Notes: generated from the sequence alone by a model not told the origin. A DNA stretch of 63,137 nucleotides, filler included, from 5 parts of 5 records of this genome joined end to end with filler, not necessarily neighbours in it, one strand, 5' to 3'. Positions 1 to 10,650 are shown, counted from the whole stretch's first letter. Numbers and translations: made by a program.

Positions 1-1
1 A

Positions 2-436
2 GAAATGCTTTATGTAGGTGGTGGAGCAGGTATGGCGCCAATGCGTTCACACTTGTATCATCTATTCAAAACCCTAAAGACGGGTCGTAAAGTGACTTAT
101 TGGTATGGTGGTCGTTCTAAGCGTGAGTTATTTTACCTTCAGCATTTTTATGAGCTAGAGAAGGAGTTTGATAACTTTAAATTTTATCTAGTACTTTCTG
201 AACCTTTAGAAGAGGATAACTGGAAAGTAAAAGAAGATATTGATAGCCCAGGAGATGGTTTTGTGGGATTTGTACACAATGCTGTTATCGAGCAGTACTT
301 GAGCAAGCACGACGAGCCAGAAGAAATCGAATTGTATTTCTGTGGGCCTCCATTGATGAACAAAGCAGTTCAAAAAATGGGAGAGGATTTTGGTATCCCA
401 GACGAGAATATTCGTTTTGATGACTTCGGAGGATAG
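2..436 (+). CDS. nqrF: Na(+)-translocating NADH:quinone reductase subunit F, C-terminal part (5' truncated)
   Basis: FNR-type NAD-binding motifs [12 protein letters not shown] and YFCGPP; characteristic C-terminus FDDFGG; apbE downstream. Confidence 0.95.
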   Translation, partial: EMLYVGGGAGMAPMRSHLYHLFKTLKTGRKVTYWYGGRSKRELFYLQHFYELEKEFDNFKFYLVLSEPLEEDNWKVKEDIDSPGDGFVGFVHNAVIEQYLSKHDEPEEIELYFCGPPLMNKAVQKMGEDFGIPDENIRFDDFGG

Positions 437-453
437 TCAGAACTTAAATTATC

Positions 454-485
454 AAAAAGCCGTTACGAAAGTAGCGGCTTTTTTT
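454..485 (+). terminator. Rho-independent terminator after nqrF
   Basis: AAAAAGCCGTTAC-GAAA-GTAGCGGCTTTTTTT hairpin with U tract. Confidence 0.85.
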
Positions 486-506
486 CTGCTATAATTCCAC
501 GCGCAG

Positions 507-514
507 TATCTTTG
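507..514 (+). promoter_or_regulatory. Bacteroidota -7 promoter element TAnnTTTG (probably a leaderless transcript)
   Basis: TATCTTTG with 4 nt between it and the ATG at 519. Confidence 0.6.
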
Positions 515-518
515 CTTT

Positions 519-881
519 ATGGCAGAATTATTAAATAAACAGGAGCTTCATAACCTTGCGATGAATATTGTAGGTAAAGATCTGGAAGCTCAGGGTTTTG
601 AATTTTTAGGAGTGAATAGCGAACTCAAACGCAATCCGCAGTTTGTAGCTTTACGCGACAAAAAATTGCATTTTGTGATCGTGCGGGCTGTGAGTTATCC
701 TGAAAATGCTAATGCCTACGATGAAGGTTTTATGAGTGAAATGAAGCTGCACGCAGATAAATTTAATGCCAAAACCTTTTATGCAGGAGTGGGTTTGGGC
801 AGTGCAGAGGATTACGGAAAACCCGTAGAAAAGGGAGATTCTTACACAGTTATATATAACGGTTTACAAGAAATAGAATAA
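519..881 (+). CDS. Hypothetical protein between nqrF and apbE
   Basis: 120-aa ORF with typical codon usage; stop overlaps the apbE start. Confidence 0.75.
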   Translation: MAELLNKQELHNLAMNIVGKDLEAQGFEFLGVNSELKRNPQFVALRDKKLHFVIVRAVSYPENANAYDEGFMSEMKLHADKFNAKTFYAGVGLGSAEDYGKPVEKGDSYTVIYNGLQEIE

Positions 882-1894
882 TGAAGTATTTATTAGGTTT
901 AGTTTTAGGTTGGATTGCTTTGAGTTGTGATACAGATCCAAAGTTGGTTGTGCTTTCAGGACAGGCATTAGGAACGGGATATCAAGTACAATTTTATGCC
1001 GATGAACGCTTTGAGGTTTCTCAGAAGTTTGATTCAACAATTGCAGCAATTAACAAGTCCATGAGTACGTACCAGCCGGATTCTGATATTTCAAAGATCA
1101 ATGCCGGCGATACAACAGTTGTTGTTGATGCTATGTTTAAAGAAGTGCTCGCGTTGTCTAGAAAAGTCTATAGGGCTACTAATGGCTATTATGATCCTAC
1201 TGTGGGGATTTTGGTTAACGCTTATGGCTTCGGCCCGGGAAAACCTTTAAAACAACTTGACAGTACAACATTAGACTCTTTAAAAGCATACGTAGGTCTT
1301 GATAAAATTAAAATTTCTGAAGAAGGGAAAATAATCAAGAATGATAAGTCGGTGTATCTTGATTTTAATAGTATCGCTAAAGGCTATTGTATTGATAGAA
1401 TTGGAGTAATGCTTGAGGAAAACGGTGTTGAGCATTATTTAATTGAATTAGGAGGCGAACTTTTAGCACACGGAAAGAATTTGTCTAAAGGTCAAGCCTG
1501 GAGAGTAGGTATTGAAAATATCAACGCTCCGGTCACAGATAGAGATTACACCGAAGCTGTTTCCCTAGAAAATAAGGGTATGGCGGGCTCTGGTAATTAT
1601 CGCAAGTTTAGAGTAGACTCGATAACGGGGCAGCGCTATGTACATACGGTGAATCCATTAACGGGTTTAGCTGAAAAAAGTGATGTGCTGAGTTCAACGG
1701 TCATTGCTAAAACCTGCGCAGAGGCTGATGCCTATGCCACTGCATTTATGGCTTTAGGTTTTGAACGTTCTAAACAAGTTTTAGAACAAGCTGATGCTAT
1801 CGATGCTTATTTGCTTTATACGCAAAGTGAAGGAGACAGCGTACAGGTTTATATGTCAACTAACTTCCAAGACTATTTGATTCCGGCTAATTAA
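881..1894 (+). CDS. apbE: FAD:protein FMN transferase (lipoprotein)
   Basis: Lipobox ALSC; motifs YDPTVG, DFNSIAKGY, ELGGE, SGNYR, ADAYATA; next to nqr. Confidence 0.93.
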   Translation: MKYLLGLVLGWIALSCDTDPKLVVLSGQALGTGYQVQFYADERFEVSQKFDSTIAAINKSMSTYQPDSDISKINAGDTTVVVDAMFKEVLALSRKVYRATNGYYDPTVGILVNAYGFGPGKPLKQLDSTTLDSLKAYVGLDKIKISEEGKIIKNDKSVYLDFNSIAKGYCIDRIGVMLEENGVEHYLIELGGELLAHGKNLSKGQAWRVGIENINAPVTDRDYTEAVSLENKGMAGSGNYRKFRVDSITGQRYVHTVNPLTGLAEKSDVLSSTVIAKTCAEADAYATAFMALGFERSKQVLEQADAIDAYLLYTQSEGDSVQVYMSTNFQDYLIPAN

Positions 1895-3983
1895 TCAAGC
1901 TAAAGTGGCCGGTTACACGAGTTCCTTCGGGTAAAACGAGTTCGAACCAATAGTCGTCCGGTTTAAGAATTTTGTCTAAATACGTTCCATCCCAGCGGGC
2001 AGCTTGAGCGCTTAGCTCTTTGAGCAATTTTCCATACCTATCATAAATGCGCACATAAGCTCCGGGATATTCATTTAAACCAACAAGTTCCCAGGTATCG
2101 TGGTAGCCATCACCATTTGGAGTGAAATATCTGGGATAATCCAGTATAAGAAAGGCTTGAGATTGCACAGAACCGCATCCGTTAAGATCTCTTACTGTAA
2201 TGGTATGGTAACCTCTAGATAATCCGGTAAACGAGTTGTTTGACGTATAGCCTCCGTTATCTAAAGAAAATTCATACGCTCCTTGTCCGGTAACATTAAT
2301 GATCGCTTCATTCTGCGGATAGTTTAGACCTACCACTCCCACATCAACAATGGTTGCGCGCTCTGAGGCTAGCACTTGTGTGGTTTTGGTTGTAGAGCAT
2401 CCATACGAATTGAATGCGGTTACGCTATAAGTTCCGGGTTGATTGACGGTGATCGTGTTTAAAGTCGCCCCGCTTTGACCCGTACTCCATTCATAACGAG
2501 TAAACCCTGCATCAATTTGCAAAGTAAACGGATTGGGATCATCTACACATAAGTATTGAATTTCTTCAAAAACATAGTCTGGGGAATCCACAACCAAAAT
2601 GTCAAAAGAGCCGTCAGTGTAGCAGCCGGTTACTGTATTTATAGTTCTAAAATAAAGCGTTCTGGAATTTGCCGAAGCATCCCAGCTTATCGGAAGTCGG
2701 TCAACGTCATTTGCTCGATTTGTTATAGATTCATAATAATAGGTGTCAAAATCAACAGGATCTAATCCATTTAATGCCTCACTTTCAATGTCTGACAAAT
2801 CATAAGTGAGTGTGGTGTTATCATCGCGACAATATATCAAAGGGTCGGGTTGAATCAATGTTGGACCATATTCATAATCTAGTCTGAAACTATCTGTAAT
2901 AATACATCCCGTTGCAGTATTTCTAATATTGAAGAATATTTCAATTCCGCTAAAAGGAACGTTGATGTTAGTTATAGCCCCTCGATTTGTAAATGCATCA
3001 ATAGAAGAACTGTAATAAGTAATATTTAGATCGGGGTCAGAACCTGTGATCTGGTCGTTCAACGCGGCAAGGTCATAATTTTCAACGGTGGTAGCATTAC
3101 AAATATAAAGCTGATTTGGATTGATATAAACCGGATCTCTATTCACAATGAGATCAAATGTTTCAATCGAAGAGCAGGGGCCGGTTCTACTACCAATGCG
3201 CGCGTAGATAGTTTGCCTATTTGCAGTGGTGTTAGTGTATGTGTTGGGTAGCGGATTTTGGTCAAGGTTGGCATCACCTAACGAAGCGTGAAAACTAACC
3301 TGAGAGTCGGGGTGTCCGCTTGTGATACTTGAAGCTTGACTTGCGAGGTTAAAATCGTAAAAGCCGTCGTTGTTGCCTACAACATCACAAACTTCTAAAT
3401 CTTGAACGGTATTGTAATCGGGCGTTTCAGGAAACGTGGCGGTACCATTTAAATTAATTGAAAACCCTCCGGCACCTATAGCACGATCAACTAAGAGGTA
3501 ATAGCGCTCTCCGGCATTTACTGTTAATTCTTGCAGATACCCATTACCATTGCCTCCTGGTCCCTCAGTAACATCTGTTTCTGTTGCGTTTAAACCCGTA
3601 TTTGCGCTCACTCCTGCATTTTGAGGATTGGTGCTACTGCAGCGAATAGACATGCCTAAATTAGCACAATCAGTAACCGGACCATAAACCGCAAAGTCAT
3701 AATCATCTGTGCCATTACCGGGAACGATATCAAAACCTAATGTTCCGGCTTGATCAATATTGATCTCAAACCATACCGTAGCTGTGTTAAAACTGTAACA
3801 GGGAGGTACAAAGTTTCCGGGGAGACTGAATTCATCAAAGCCAATACCATTTGGTTCTACGCCTACCGGAGTGTTGCCGCAAAGAATGATAGCATTGGTA
3901 CAATCATTAGCTTGACTATATATCCAATTGTTAAAAGCGAGGAGAACAAATAGAATAAAATAGCATTTTTGCATAGCGATCAT
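1887..3983 (-). CDS. T9SS type B C-terminal sorting domain protein (gliding-motility-associated CTD)
   Basis: Signal peptide; C-terminal YFTPNGDGYHDTW..IYDRYGKL..WDG..DYWF..GHFSL. Confidence 0.88.
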   Translation of the reverse strand: MIAMQKCYFILFVLLAFNNWIYSQANDCTNAIILCGNTPVGVEPNGIGFDEFSLPGNFVPPCYSFNTATVWFEINIDQAGTLGFDIVPGNGTDDYDFAVYGPVTDCANLGMSIRCSSTNPQNAGVSANTGLNATETDVTEGPGGNGNGYLQELTVNAGERYYLLVDRAIGAGGFSINLNGTATFPETPDYNTVQDLEVCDVVGNNDGFYDFNLASQASSITSGHPDSQVSFHASLGDANLDQNPLPNTYTNTTANRQTIYARIGSRTGPCSSIETFDLIVNRDPVYINPNQLYICNATTVENYDLAALNDQITGSDPDLNITYYSSSIDAFTNRGAITNINVPFSGIEIFFNIRNTATGCIITDSFRLDYEYGPTLIQPDPLIYCRDDNTTLTYDLSDIESEALNGLDPVDFDTYYYESITNRANDVDRLPISWDASANSRTLYFRTINTVTGCYTDGSFDILVVDSPDYVFEEIQYLCVDDPNPFTLQIDAGFTRYEWSTGQSGATLNTITVNQPGTYSVTAFNSYGCSTTKTTQVLASERATIVDVGVVGLNYPQNEAIINVTGQGAYEFSLDNGGYTSNNSFTGLSRGYHTITVRDLNGCGSVQSQAFLILDYPRYFTPNGDGYHDTWELVGLNEYPGAYVRIYDRYGKLLKELSAQAARWDGTYLDKILKPDDYWFELVLPEGTRVTGHFSLIN

Positions 3984-4747
3984 TTAAAACATACAGGCAA
4001 GAGCTCTCCTGGTGCTAAGCGGTATTTATCTACAGTTGCTGCTGGCATCTTAGCGGTCAGGTCAATTTCTTTTACCTCAAAACCTATAGACCGTAATTTA
4101 TCAAAATAATCGCGACCATAAATCCTTACGTGGTCATATTGACCAAATACTTTTGCGCGTTCTTTGGGGTCTGTTATAGAATCATCAGCAAAGGTCTTGG
4201 CTCTACTCAGATCTTGCGGAATTTGTAAAATAGCCATTCCACCCGGCTTAAGTACACGATATAATTCTTGCATCGCTTTAGTGTCATCAGGAATATGTTC
4301 TAAAACGTGATTGCAAAAAATGATATCATAAGTATTTTCACTGAAGGGCAAATCACAAATATCTGCTTTGACATCCGCAAGAGGAGAATTCAAATCTGTG
4401 GTAGTATAGTCAAGATTTTGCATCTGCTTAAAGCGCTTGTAAAAGGCTTGTTCTGGTGCAAAATGAAGTACTTTTTTCTTTGCATTAAAAAAATCAGTTT
4501 TCTCTTTTAGGTATAACCACAGGAGGCGATGTCGCTCTAACGAAAGGGTAGAAGGGGAGAGCACATTCTCTCTTTGGTTTTCGTAACCGTACGGCAAAAA
4601 CTTCTTAAAGGTTTTTCCGTCTATAGGATCTTGATAGGTGTCGCCTCGTAGGCTGAAGGCGAGAAAAGGTCTAGCGATATAACTGAGACGAATTAATAAA
4701 GGGCGCGGAATACTGTTTAAAACACGCTTAAAAAGACTTGAAATCAT
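3980..4747 (-). CDS. Class I SAM-dependent methyltransferase
   Basis: VLHFAPE, DIIFCNHVLEHI, RVLKPGG. Confidence 0.85.
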   Translation of the reverse strand: MISSLFKRVLNSIPRPLLIRLSYIARPFLAFSLRGDTYQDPIDGKTFKKFLPYGYENQRENVLSPSTLSLERHRLLWLYLKEKTDFFNAKKKVLHFAPEQAFYKRFKQMQNLDYTTTDLNSPLADVKADICDLPFSENTYDIIFCNHVLEHIPDDTKAMQELYRVLKPGGMAILQIPQDLSRAKTFADDSITDPKERAKVFGQYDHVRIYGRDYFDKLRSIGFEVKEIDLTAKMPAATVDKYRLAPGELLPVCFK

Positions 4748-5283
4748 ACTTGAAGATCTCCCCAGTTTTCTCCGGTTTTAATACGATGCAATTGCATTTC
4801 TGAAACACCAAATTGTTTCGCCAAAACTTTTAATCGGGTACGCCTGTTAGGGTCAAGTAGTTTTTTCTTAAGTACTTTAGCTTCGGCGTAACTTAATTTA
4901 GTGTAGTGACGTTCCCCTGAAGTACGACGTTTAATATCTAACGGACTCGTTTTTTGATGCGCATAGCGCTCTTTGTGTGTGGCCCATTTTAGGTTAGTAA
5001 CTCTATTGTCTGTCTTGTCGTGATTGAGATGTAAAACAGCTTTTTCGTTTTCTCCGGCGTTTAAAAACGCTTTCGCCAGCAACTTGTGCAGATAGAAATT
5101 ACGGCGTTTGTCATTAGCTAATTTGATGTTTACCGTTACATAGCCATTAATGTGTCCGCCTTTAATAATATTCCCATTAGGATTTTTATTGTAGCTGCGC
5201 ACTTGACCATAATTTGAAAGCCCTATTTTATAGCCTTCTTCCCAGTTATCTTCACGATAATCAATCCAAGTTTCTAACTGCAT
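4744..5283 (-). CDS. NUMOD4/HNH endonuclease-like protein
   Basis: N-terminal SNYGQVRS; HNH-type LHKLLAKAF..HLNHDKTDNRVTNLKW; C-terminal HTH-like LAKQFGVS. Confidence 0.8.
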   Translation of the reverse strand: MQLETWIDYREDNWEEGYKIGLSNYGQVRSYNKNPNGNIIKGGHINGYVTVNIKLANDKRRNFYLHKLLAKAFLNAGENEKAVLHLNHDKTDNRVTNLKWATHKERYAHQKTSPLDIKRRTSGERHYTKLSYAEAKVLKKKLLDPNRRTRLKVLAKQFGVSEMQLHRIKTGENWGDLQV

Positions 5284-5302
5284 GGCACTTGGTATTTAAA
5301 AA

Positions 5303-6121
5303 TTAATTGGTAATAGGTTGAGCTCTAAATGCATCTTCTTCATCGCTGGTAATGCCTAAAGCGTCATAAATATACTTAAAAGTTGAAAGAAGCTCAGGTT
5401 TTCCGTCTACTAAAGCAACATCGTGCTCAAAATGAGCGCTAGGCTCGCCGTCGCGGGTAGTGATCGTCCAGCCATCGCGATGTTGTTTGATGCGGTGTGT
5501 TCCTCTATTAACCATAGGTTCAATAGCGACAACCATTCCTTCAATAAATTTTTTACCGCGGCCTCGACGTCCGTAGTTAGGCATTTCAGGATCTTCGTGC
5601 ATTTTAGCGCCCAGACCGTGGCCTACTAATTCACGTACAATTCCATACCCGTTATCTTCACAATACTTCTGTATCGCATAACCAACATCTCCTACGCGAT
5701 TACCAAACTTAAATTGTTCAATCCCTTTATAAAGCGATTCTTTAGTGACCTTCAATAACTTTTTAGTCTCAGGAGCTACTTCACCTACTTCAAAAGTATA
5801 GGCGTGATCCCCGTAAAAACCATTTTTTAAAGCACCACAGTCTATTGAAATAATATCGCCGTTTTCAAGAGGTTTATCATTAGGAATCCCGTGTACCACT
5901 TGCTCGTTAGGGCTCATGCAAAGCGAATTAGGAAAATCGTAAAGTCCGAGAAATCCGGGAATAGCACCGTGGTCGCGAATACAGGTTTCGGCGATCTTAT
6001 CAAGTTCTAATGTGGTCACTCCGGGTTTTACTTCTGCTGCTAAGGCACCAAGAGTTTTAGACACGATTAGCGCGCTTTCACGCATAAGTTCTATCTCTTC
6101 TCTTGTTTTTACGATAATCAT
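5303..6121 (-). CDS. map: Type I methionyl aminopeptidase
   Basis: VVHGIP, DIISIDCG, GHGLG..HEDP, AIEPM, SAHFEH. Confidence 0.97.
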   Translation of the reverse strand: MIIVKTREEIELMRESALIVSKTLGALAAEVKPGVTTLELDKIAETCIRDHGAIPGFLGLYDFPNSLCMSPNEQVVHGIPNDKPLENGDIISIDCGALKNGFYGDHAYTFEVGEVAPETKKLLKVTKESLYKGIEQFKFGNRVGDVGYAIQKYCEDNGYGIVRELVGHGLGAKMHEDPEMPNYGRRGRGKKFIEGMVVAIEPMVNRGTHRIKQHRDGWTITTRDGEPSAHFEHDVALVDGKPELLSTFKYIYDALGITSDEEDAFRAQPITN

Positions 6122-6141
6122 AGTCTCCTTTTTTGAAGCTG

Positions 6142-6149
6142 CAAAGTTA
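6142..6149 (-). promoter_or_regulatory. Bacteroidota -7 promoter element for map
   Basis: TAACTTTG on the minus strand about 20 nt upstream of the map start. Confidence 0.55.
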
Positions 6150-6207
6150 CAAAGTTTACTTGATAATCTAGAGGTAATGCTCGCGGCTTGTACAACTAAA
6201 ATACGCC

Positions 6208-7614
6208 TTAAATGTTATCAGGATTATTAGCGATCGTTTTAAAGAGTTTAGCCTTTGCTTTATAAAGCTTGTACGTGAGTTCTATTTGCTTCAGCTGAGA
6301 ATCAATAAGTTTCAATTCGCGCGAATTGATCAAGAAAATCGAACTTTCGCCTACCTGATATTTACGCTCTTCTGCGTTGAGCATCGTTGCGTAATTGGTA
6401 ACCAGTTCTTCGGCCATTGCATTTTGCTCTTGCAAGGTGAACAACTCAGTATTCACAGCTTTTATTTTATTCTGAAGTTGCAAGCGCGAGTTGGTCAGAT
6501 CCAGTTCGGTGTCTTGTAATTTCAACTTCGCAAGTTCAAGATCTCCACGTTCTTTCCGAAGAAATAAAGGCATTTTAAAATGCAGCCCGGCTTTATAATT
6601 CTGGGTATAAAAACTGTCAAGATTCTCGGGTTCTGATGAAATGAAATTATAATTCACATCAATCACCGGAAGCAATTTATTGGCTTTAAGTCGCTTTTCA
6701 ATTTCTAAACCTTCCACTTTATACGCCAGCGAGCGCATTTTAGGATGCTCGTTGATCTGAAAATCGGCAAGGTCAAAACCGGTAATATCAAGCGTTTCAT
6801 CAATAACAAACCCTAAGTCATCTTGTGGAAACACATCATCCTGTAGCTCCACAGGAATATTGTTTCCTAGCCAGAGGTAATTAGCCAATTCTAATTTTTT
6901 CTGAACGTACTCGAGTTCGACCTCTTTTAAACTCAGCGCTCTGCTTTGAACACTAATTTTAGCTTCAGTGGTATCAATTAACGGAATGTCACCAAGCAAC
7001 GCGCTTTGCTTAATTCCTCTAAAACGAACGATGGTATTTTCTAAAGATCGCTCGTAAAGCAGCACTTTTTTATAGGCTTGTAACCAGTCAAAATAAGCTA
7101 CAGCTGCATCGTGTAAAATGGCGTTTACTGCCAGATCAAGATCAGCTCGCGCTTGCTGCTGATATACTTTAGCCTGTTTTAATGTGGCCATACGCTCGTT
7201 GATCCATAAGCCTTGTCCTAAAGAAGCAGAGATCCCCGCAGTATATAGTCCGTTTTCAGGAACTGTTTTTTGCGGATTTAAATAATATCCTTCATTTTCT
7301 TCAAATTGTGCCTTAAGGTCAATTCCGTACCAGGTAGGGATTTTAAAAGTAGCATTAAGCAGGTCATAATATTCAGTTTCTTTAAAAACTTTCTGATCAA
7401 AATCTACTTCAACTTTTGGGTCAAAACCACCACGCGCTTTGAGTAGTTTAGCATCCCCGGTTTCTAAAATCAAGTTGGCTTGCTTCGCTACAGGATGGTT
7501 TTGTTTTACGAGACTTATGTACTCTGAGAAACTTAAAACCTGCAATGAATCTACCTGAGCTTGAAGCACGGAAACACAACATAGAAAGGCCAGTATGATT
7601 ATAGCTTTTCTCAT
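6208..7614 (-). CDS. TolC-family outer membrane efflux protein
   Basis: Signal peptide, helical TolC pattern, GESSIFLINSRE; operonic with HlyD and ABC genes. Confidence 0.88.
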   Translation of the reverse strand: MRKAIIILAFLCCVSVLQAQVDSLQVLSFSEYISLVKQNHPVAKQANLILETGDAKLLKARGGFDPKVEVDFDQKVFKETEYYDLLNATFKIPTWYGIDLKAQFEENEGYYLNPQKTVPENGLYTAGISASLGQGLWINERMATLKQAKVYQQQARADLDLAVNAILHDAAVAYFDWLQAYKKVLLYERSLENTIVRFRGIKQSALLGDIPLIDTTEAKISVQSRALSLKEVELEYVQKKLELANYLWLGNNIPVELQDDVFPQDDLGFVIDETLDITGFDLADFQINEHPKMRSLAYKVEGLEIEKRLKANKLLPVIDVNYNFISSEPENLDSFYTQNYKAGLHFKMPLFLRKERGDLELAKLKLQDTELDLTNSRLQLQNKIKAVNTELFTLQEQNAMAEELVTNYATMLNAEERKYQVGESSIFLINSRELKLIDSQLKQIELTYKLYKAKAKLFKTIANNPDNI

Positions 7615-8969
7615 TTTTTAGCAGAATCTTTATTAGGTGTTGCTGTTGTTGGGGTATAGTAGTTAGGTGGGAAACCGTTGAGTTTTCGCCACAACTCATA
7701 CCAGATGGGCACGTCTTCTAAAAGTGCTAATGTGTTTGCACCGGCACCTATACGCAAAGCTTCGGGCCAAGGCTGCTCATCAGGGTCGGGAGCTAGAAGC
7801 ACACGGTATTTTCCGTTAGGGCTTATAAATCGCTCTACGGCAACTACCTTTCCGCCAAAAGTTCCAAAGGAATTATACGGCCAACCACTAAAAACTATAG
7901 AAGGCCATCCATCAAACTGAATACGCACTTTTTCACCGTCGTGAATCAACGGAAGGTCTATGGGTTTTACATAAGTTTCTACCGCAATATCATAATTGGT
8001 AGGCATAATACTCACCAACTGTTGTCCTTCTTTAAACGTCTCGCCAATACCTCCTATGATCGCTTTATTAATAAACCCATCTTGTGGTGCTCGCACGTAA
8101 TACAAGTTATTACGGATCTCATAATTGGTGCGGGTATTTTCTAATTTGCTTACCGCAGCTTCGGTGTCTAGCTGTGTAGAAAGCGCTGTCGCTTGATCAC
8201 TTTGAGCTTTGGAAATCTTATCTGCATAGGTTGCTTCAAGGCGGTTAAGCTCTATTTGTGCGTTTAACAGTTCGTTTCGACTGGCCAATAATTTATTTTC
8301 TTGCGAAATGATTTTAGCCTGAGCTTCCTGCAATTTTAAGCGTTTTTCTTCAACATCGGTCACAGCTTTTAAGCCTTCTTGTTGTAAGGCCAGGGTTCGC
8401 TCATACTGACGCTCGGCAATCCTAAGATTCGTTTTGGTCGCCTCAAAATCAATACTGTCGCTTTTGATCTTTAGCTGCGCTTGAATACGTTTATTATCAG
8501 CTTGTTTTAGCTTTAAAATGCGTTCGCTGCGCAAAGCTTCGATCTGATTACCTAAGGCGTTCACCTTGTTTTTATAAGACTCTACCGAACTGGCTTTAGC
8601 ACGTACCTGTTGGTCTGTACGCTCTACCAGATTAGGGTCAAAATATTCATTTTTCACTTCGGTAATAAAAAGGATCGTATCTCCTTTTTTAACTGATTCT
8701 CCCTCGCGTACATACCATTTTTCAACACGCCCGGGAATGGGAGATTGTATGGTTTGCGGTCGCTGCTCAGGGGTAAGTGTCGTTACATAACCTATACCAG
8801 AAATGGTCTGCGTCCACGGCAGAAAAAGTACTACGATTAAGATCACCGTAAACACTTTGAGAAAGCGATTAAAGTAGGCATAATGCTTTTTCTCTAAGAC
8901 CTTTTTTGAAGCCTTATAGCCGCTAATATCTACCTTTTCGTTTATTTTATCTTGAGATATATTAAGCAT
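7611..8969 (-). CDS. HlyD-family periplasmic adaptor
   Basis: N-terminal TM; lipoyl-like halves IQSPIPGRVEKWYVREGESVKKGD and VRAPQDG; coiled coil. Confidence 0.9.
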   Translation of the reverse strand: MLNISQDKINEKVDISGYKASKKVLEKKHYAYFNRFLKVFTVILIVVLFLPWTQTISGIGYVTTLTPEQRPQTIQSPIPGRVEKWYVREGESVKKGDTILFITEVKNEYFDPNLVERTDQQVRAKASSVESYKNKVNALGNQIEALRSERILKLKQADNKRIQAQLKIKSDSIDFEATKTNLRIAERQYERTLALQQEGLKAVTDVEEKRLKLQEAQAKIISQENKLLASRNELLNAQIELNRLEATYADKISKAQSDQATALSTQLDTEAAVSKLENTRTNYEIRNNLYYVRAPQDGFINKAIIGGIGETFKEGQQLVSIMPTNYDIAVETYVKPIDLPLIHDGEKVRIQFDGWPSIVFSGWPYNSFGTFGGKVVAVERFISPNGKYRVLLAPDPDEQPWPEALRIGAGANTLALLEDVPIWYELWRKLNGFPPNYYTPTTATPNKDSAKK

Positions 8970-8975
8970 AGGAGT

Positions 8976-10643
8976 TTAATTTGAAGTTGAAAGTTTGCCG
9001 CCGTCTAGCCACAAAGTGCGTTCACAGCAGTTGCGCCAAGCTTCGTCTTTACTGGCAACAATGATTGCCCAGGAGTTAGACTTGTCAAATAAAAAGTTTA
9101 CAATGCGCTCTTTTTCTTCCGCAGAAAATTTAGTCAGCGGTTCTTTTAAGATCAAAACTTTAGGCTTGCGCACAATACTGCGCGCCATCACAATCTTATC
9201 TGCAATGGTTTTTGAAAGTCGCTGCCCTTCTGGTTTTATAAGCGTATCTAAACCTTTAGGTTGATCTTTTACAAAGTCAGATAGCCCCATTTTTTCAATT
9301 GCCCAGTCTATATTTTCCTGCGGAACCGTTTTATCTCCAAACGTAATGTTGTCTAAAATGGTGCCTTCAAACGGGGTTTCCTCAGGAAAGGATTGCCCTA
9401 ACAAGGCTCTGTAATGATTGAGCTGAATCCCTTTAACCGATTTGTTATTGATAAAAAATTCACCCGAAGTAGGTTCAAGAATTCCGGCGATGATCTTCAG
9501 TAAGGTTGATTTTCCGGCGCCGTTGGGGCCGTTAATCAGTACGTGTTCGCCGGGATTAATTTCAAGCGAAACCTTGTCAAGAATGATAACTTCATCAGCT
9601 TTATCTACATAGCTTACGTTGCGTAATTCCAGATTCAGATTGTCTGCATTGTCAAAAGGTTTTGATAACTCTTGATCTTCAAGTTTTTTGTCAACTACCT
9701 GACCAACTTTTTCTAAAGCGGTTAGCAAATCGTAAAAATTCTCAAGTCCTAAAATGAGTTTTTCAACCGAATTGATGATCAATACAATAATGATTTCAGC
9801 AGCCACAAATTGACCGATATTCATAGTCTGATTCAGTACCAGAAAACCACCAATTAATAATAGACCGGCAGTTACGAGTACTTTAAAAGCGATCATTTGT
9901 ATAAACTGAATGCGCAAGATTTTAAAGTGACTCTCACGCGCATCTACATAATCACTCACCAAAGCATCATTTTTGTCGAGCGCAAGACTAGATCTGCCGG
10001 AAAGCTTAAAACTTACCAGTGCTCTCGCGATCTCTTGGATCCAATGTGCGATCTTATATTTGTATTTTGATTCGGTAAGACTGGTTTGTAAACCGGTGTT
10101 TCCGGTGAACTTAAAGACTAAATAAATCAAGAGAATAAGAAGGATTCCGTAGAAAATAAAAAACGGATGGTAAAACGAAAGCAATACCAACCCGAAAACA
10201 ATTTGAACCAAAGCAGCCGGAAAATCTAACACCAGTTTATACAAACTCTTCTGTATCGTAAGAATATCAAAAAAACGGTTTGCTAATTCCGGCGGATAAT
10301 AATCTTTAAGTTCGCTCATCTTTATCTTCGGAAAGCGATAAGTAAATTCAAAAGACGCACGCGTAAAGATCTTTTGCTGCACATTCTCCAGAATACGTAT
10401 TTGCATTAGTTGCAACGCACCTACAAAGGCAACTCCCAAAGTCACTAATACAACGAGAATAATCCAGGAAGTAGTGATCTGCGCACCTTGAATAAGATTT
10501 ACGATCGCCTGAATCCCTAAAGGAAGCGATAAACTTACGAGACCGGCAAAAATGGCATAATAGAGAATTTGTAAGAAATCTTTCTTCTCTAATTTGAGTA
10601 GCCTTACAAAACGTTGCCAGGGCGTTAATGTTTTAGAATCCAT
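8976..10643 (-). CDS. Type I secretion-like ABC transporter (TMD plus NBD with degenerate motifs)
   Basis: Six-TM region; Walker A GPNGAGKST; signature and Walker B degenerate (LSKTI, ILKEP). Confidence 0.85.
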   Translation of the reverse strand: MDSKTLTPWQRFVRLLKLEKKDFLQILYYAIFAGLVSLSLPLGIQAIVNLIQGAQITTSWIILVVLVTLGVAFVGALQLMQIRILENVQQKIFTRASFEFTYRFPKIKMSELKDYYPPELANRFFDILTIQKSLYKLVLDFPAALVQIVFGLVLLSFYHPFFIFYGILLILLIYLVFKFTGNTGLQTSLTESKYKYKIAHWIQEIARALVSFKLSGRSSLALDKNDALVSDYVDARESHFKILRIQFIQMIAFKVLVTAGLLLIGGFLVLNQTMNIGQFVAAEIIIVLIINSVEKLILGLENFYDLLTALEKVGQVVDKKLEDQELSKPFDNADNLNLELRNVSYVDKADEVIILDKVSLEINPGEHVLINGPNGAGKSTLLKIIAGILEPTSGEFFINNKSVKGIQLNHYRALLGQSFPEETPFEGTILDNITFGDKTVPQENIDWAIEKMGLSDFVKDQPKGLDTLIKPEGQRLSKTIADKIVMARSIVRKPKVLILKEPLTKFSAEEKERIVNFLFDKSNSWAIIVASKDEAWRNCCERTLWLDGGKLSTSN

Positions 10644-10650
10644 ATAGTGT

